A stretch of DNA of 13,328 nt from assembly GCF_004376175.1 (NCBI RefSeq), contig NZ_SNUY01000079.1:2076-15403 (forward strand). Direction: 5' to 3'. This stretch comes from Halalkalibacterium halodurans. Its GTDB lineage: Bacteria; Bacillota; Bacilli; Bacillales; Bacillaceae_D. Position numbers and translations under genes: made by a program. Positions 12,383-13,328 of this stretch are shown in pieces; within the stretch, counting starts at the first letter, position 1; each line of letters starts with the position of its first letter. Below the pieces are notes generated by a model, which did not search any database, had not been told where the DNA came from, and was given only the letters and a program-made list of their open reading frames with translations.

Positions 12383-13328
12383 GATGACGTAAAATATTTT
12401 GTGTAAGCCCTTGAAAACATAAAAATAGGTAGGGTATCCTCGGAATTGTCTAGATTCCATAAGAGAGGAGTAATCCCTACCTATGTCATCAAGTATAAAC
12501 AATTCCGACTTCACAAATCAACTGGAAGAAATCATAAAATCATTTATTCAAGAAAGACTTGAAATCATCATGAAAGCAGAACTGGATAACTACTTGAAAG
12601 TTGAAAGACCTAATCATCCAAACAGCAAAAATGGATATTATAAACGTTCATTAGACACGAGATACGGCAAAATCGAAGAATTATCAGTACCACGAGATCG
12701 CCGAGGTGAATTTCAAACTCAGCTCTTTGCTCCTTACCAACGTCGAGATGGATGGCTTGAGGAAACCATTATCAAGATGTATCAAAGTGGCATGAGTACC
12801 CGTGAAGTAGGGAAGTTCATTGAACGCATTCTCGGTTCTTCTTACTCTGCCACGACCATCAGTAATATCACGGAAGTGGCCATGGAAGATATCCAGGCGT
12901 GGCAGCAACGCGAATTACACCCACGCTATTCTGTGCTATATCTGGATGGCATGTATATCAAACTCCGCCGTGACACCGTGGCGAACGAAGTGATTTACTT
13001 TGCCATTGGAGTCACTGTAGAAGGATATCGTGAACTGTTAGGTTTCTACATTGGTGGTCAAGAGAGTGCTCTTGGTTGGCAAGAGATGCTTCAAGACCTC
13101 TATCAACGTGGGCTGAAGGAAGTCTTACTCGGTGTATTTGATGGACTTCCTGGCTTAGAAGAAGCTTTTAAAAGCCTTTATCCGAAAGCAGATGTCCAGC
13201 GTTGTGTGGTACACAAAGTACGACACACCTTAAATCGTGTGCGTAAGAAGGATCGAGAAGAAGTCGCTGAAGATCTGAAGGCAATCTACCGGTCCTTCAC
13301 TCACTCACAGGCTGAAGAACAATTCTAT
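12383..13328 (+). mobile_element. IS256-family insertion sequence, left end, truncated by the window edge
   Basis: GATGACGTAAAATATTTTGTGTAAGC (12383-12408) resembles the IS256 left IR as I recall it (GATAAAGTCCGTATAATTGTGTAAAA; recalled, not checked). It lies ~100 nt upstream of a mutator-type transposase ORF. Confidence 0.75.
12483..13328 (+). CDS. IS256-family (Mutator-type) transposase, N-terminal 282 codons; the ORF continues past the window end
   Basis: This ORF is not in the supplied track because no stop codon is reached. My hand translation from the ATG at 12483 gives MSSSINNSDFTNQLEEIIKSFIQERLEIIMKAELDNYLK...YGKIEELSVPRDRRGEFQTQLFAPYQRRDGWLEETIIKMYQSGMSTREVGKFIERILG...YLDGMYIKLRRD...VFDGLPGLEEAF...VQRCVVHKVRH. 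These are hallmark IS256 transposase motifs. Confidence 0.9.
   Translation, partial: MSSSINNSDFTNQLEEIIKSFIQERLEIIMKAELDNYLKVERPNHPNSKNGYYKRSLDTRYGKIEELSVPRDRRGEFQTQLFAPYQRRDGWLEETIIKMYQSGMSTREVGKFIERILGSSYSATTISNITEVAMEDIQAWQQRELHPRYSVLYLDGMYIKLRRDTVANEVIYFAIGVTVEGYRELLGFYIGGQESALGWQEMLQDLYQRGLKEVLLGVFDGLPGLEEAFKSLYPKADVQRCVVHKVRHTLNRVRKKDREEVAEDLKAIYRSFTHSQAEEQFY

Noticed and set aside
12684-12908. 74-aa minus-strand ORF.
   Set aside because: It is antisense to the IS256-family transposase reading frame that I translated by hand from 12483 to the window end.
1-13328. CRISPR arrays, tRNA or rRNA genes, and integrase/att sites.
   Set aside because: I saw no regularly spaced direct repeats, no tRNA-like T-arm (GGTTCGAATCC-type) motif, no rRNA-like conserved blocks and no tyrosine or serine integrase ORF.

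Overview
This looks like an accessory region from a low-GC Firmicute, probably Bacillaceae (GGAGG ribosome-binding sites, sigma-A-like promoters, a T7SSb-type LXG toxin). It reads as a mosaic of conflict genes broken up by mobile DNA. From left to right:

1. A very AT-rich block with a large acidic lipoprotein and a small secreted basic protein, both on the minus strand and of unknown function.
2. An LXG polymorphic-toxin gene split into two overlapping ORFs (LXG domain; linker plus PT-TG pre-toxin domain). Its C-terminal toxin domain, immunity gene and Lap-type helper genes are absent.
3. A 780-bp gap with no listed ORF.
4. A small XRE-family HTH regulator, divergent from a GIY-YIG nuclease / P-loop (DUF2075-like) gene that stops 12 codons after its DEAH Walker B motif.
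5. An IS110-family element of about 1.8 kb, delimited by near-identical junction repeats. Its ~395-nt 3' end is GC-rich, hairpin-dense and ORF-free, and I flag it as a candidate bridge/seek guide RNA.
6. An intact IS21-family element (istA-istB, ~48-bp imperfect terminal IRs, GAAAATC target duplication).
7. A two-gene Type II R-M module (D12/Dam-class m6A methyltransferase plus a wHTH-HNH endonuclease) with an intrinsic terminator between M and R.
8. The left end and first 282 codons of an IS256-family transposase that runs off the window.

I saw no rRNA, tRNA or CRISPR array. All family calls come from motif recognition by eye; no searches or computations were run. The items most worth follow-up are the IS110 3' structured region and its junctions, the secreted-protein/lipoprotein pair, the truncated nuclease-NTPase, and the attenuated R-M design.
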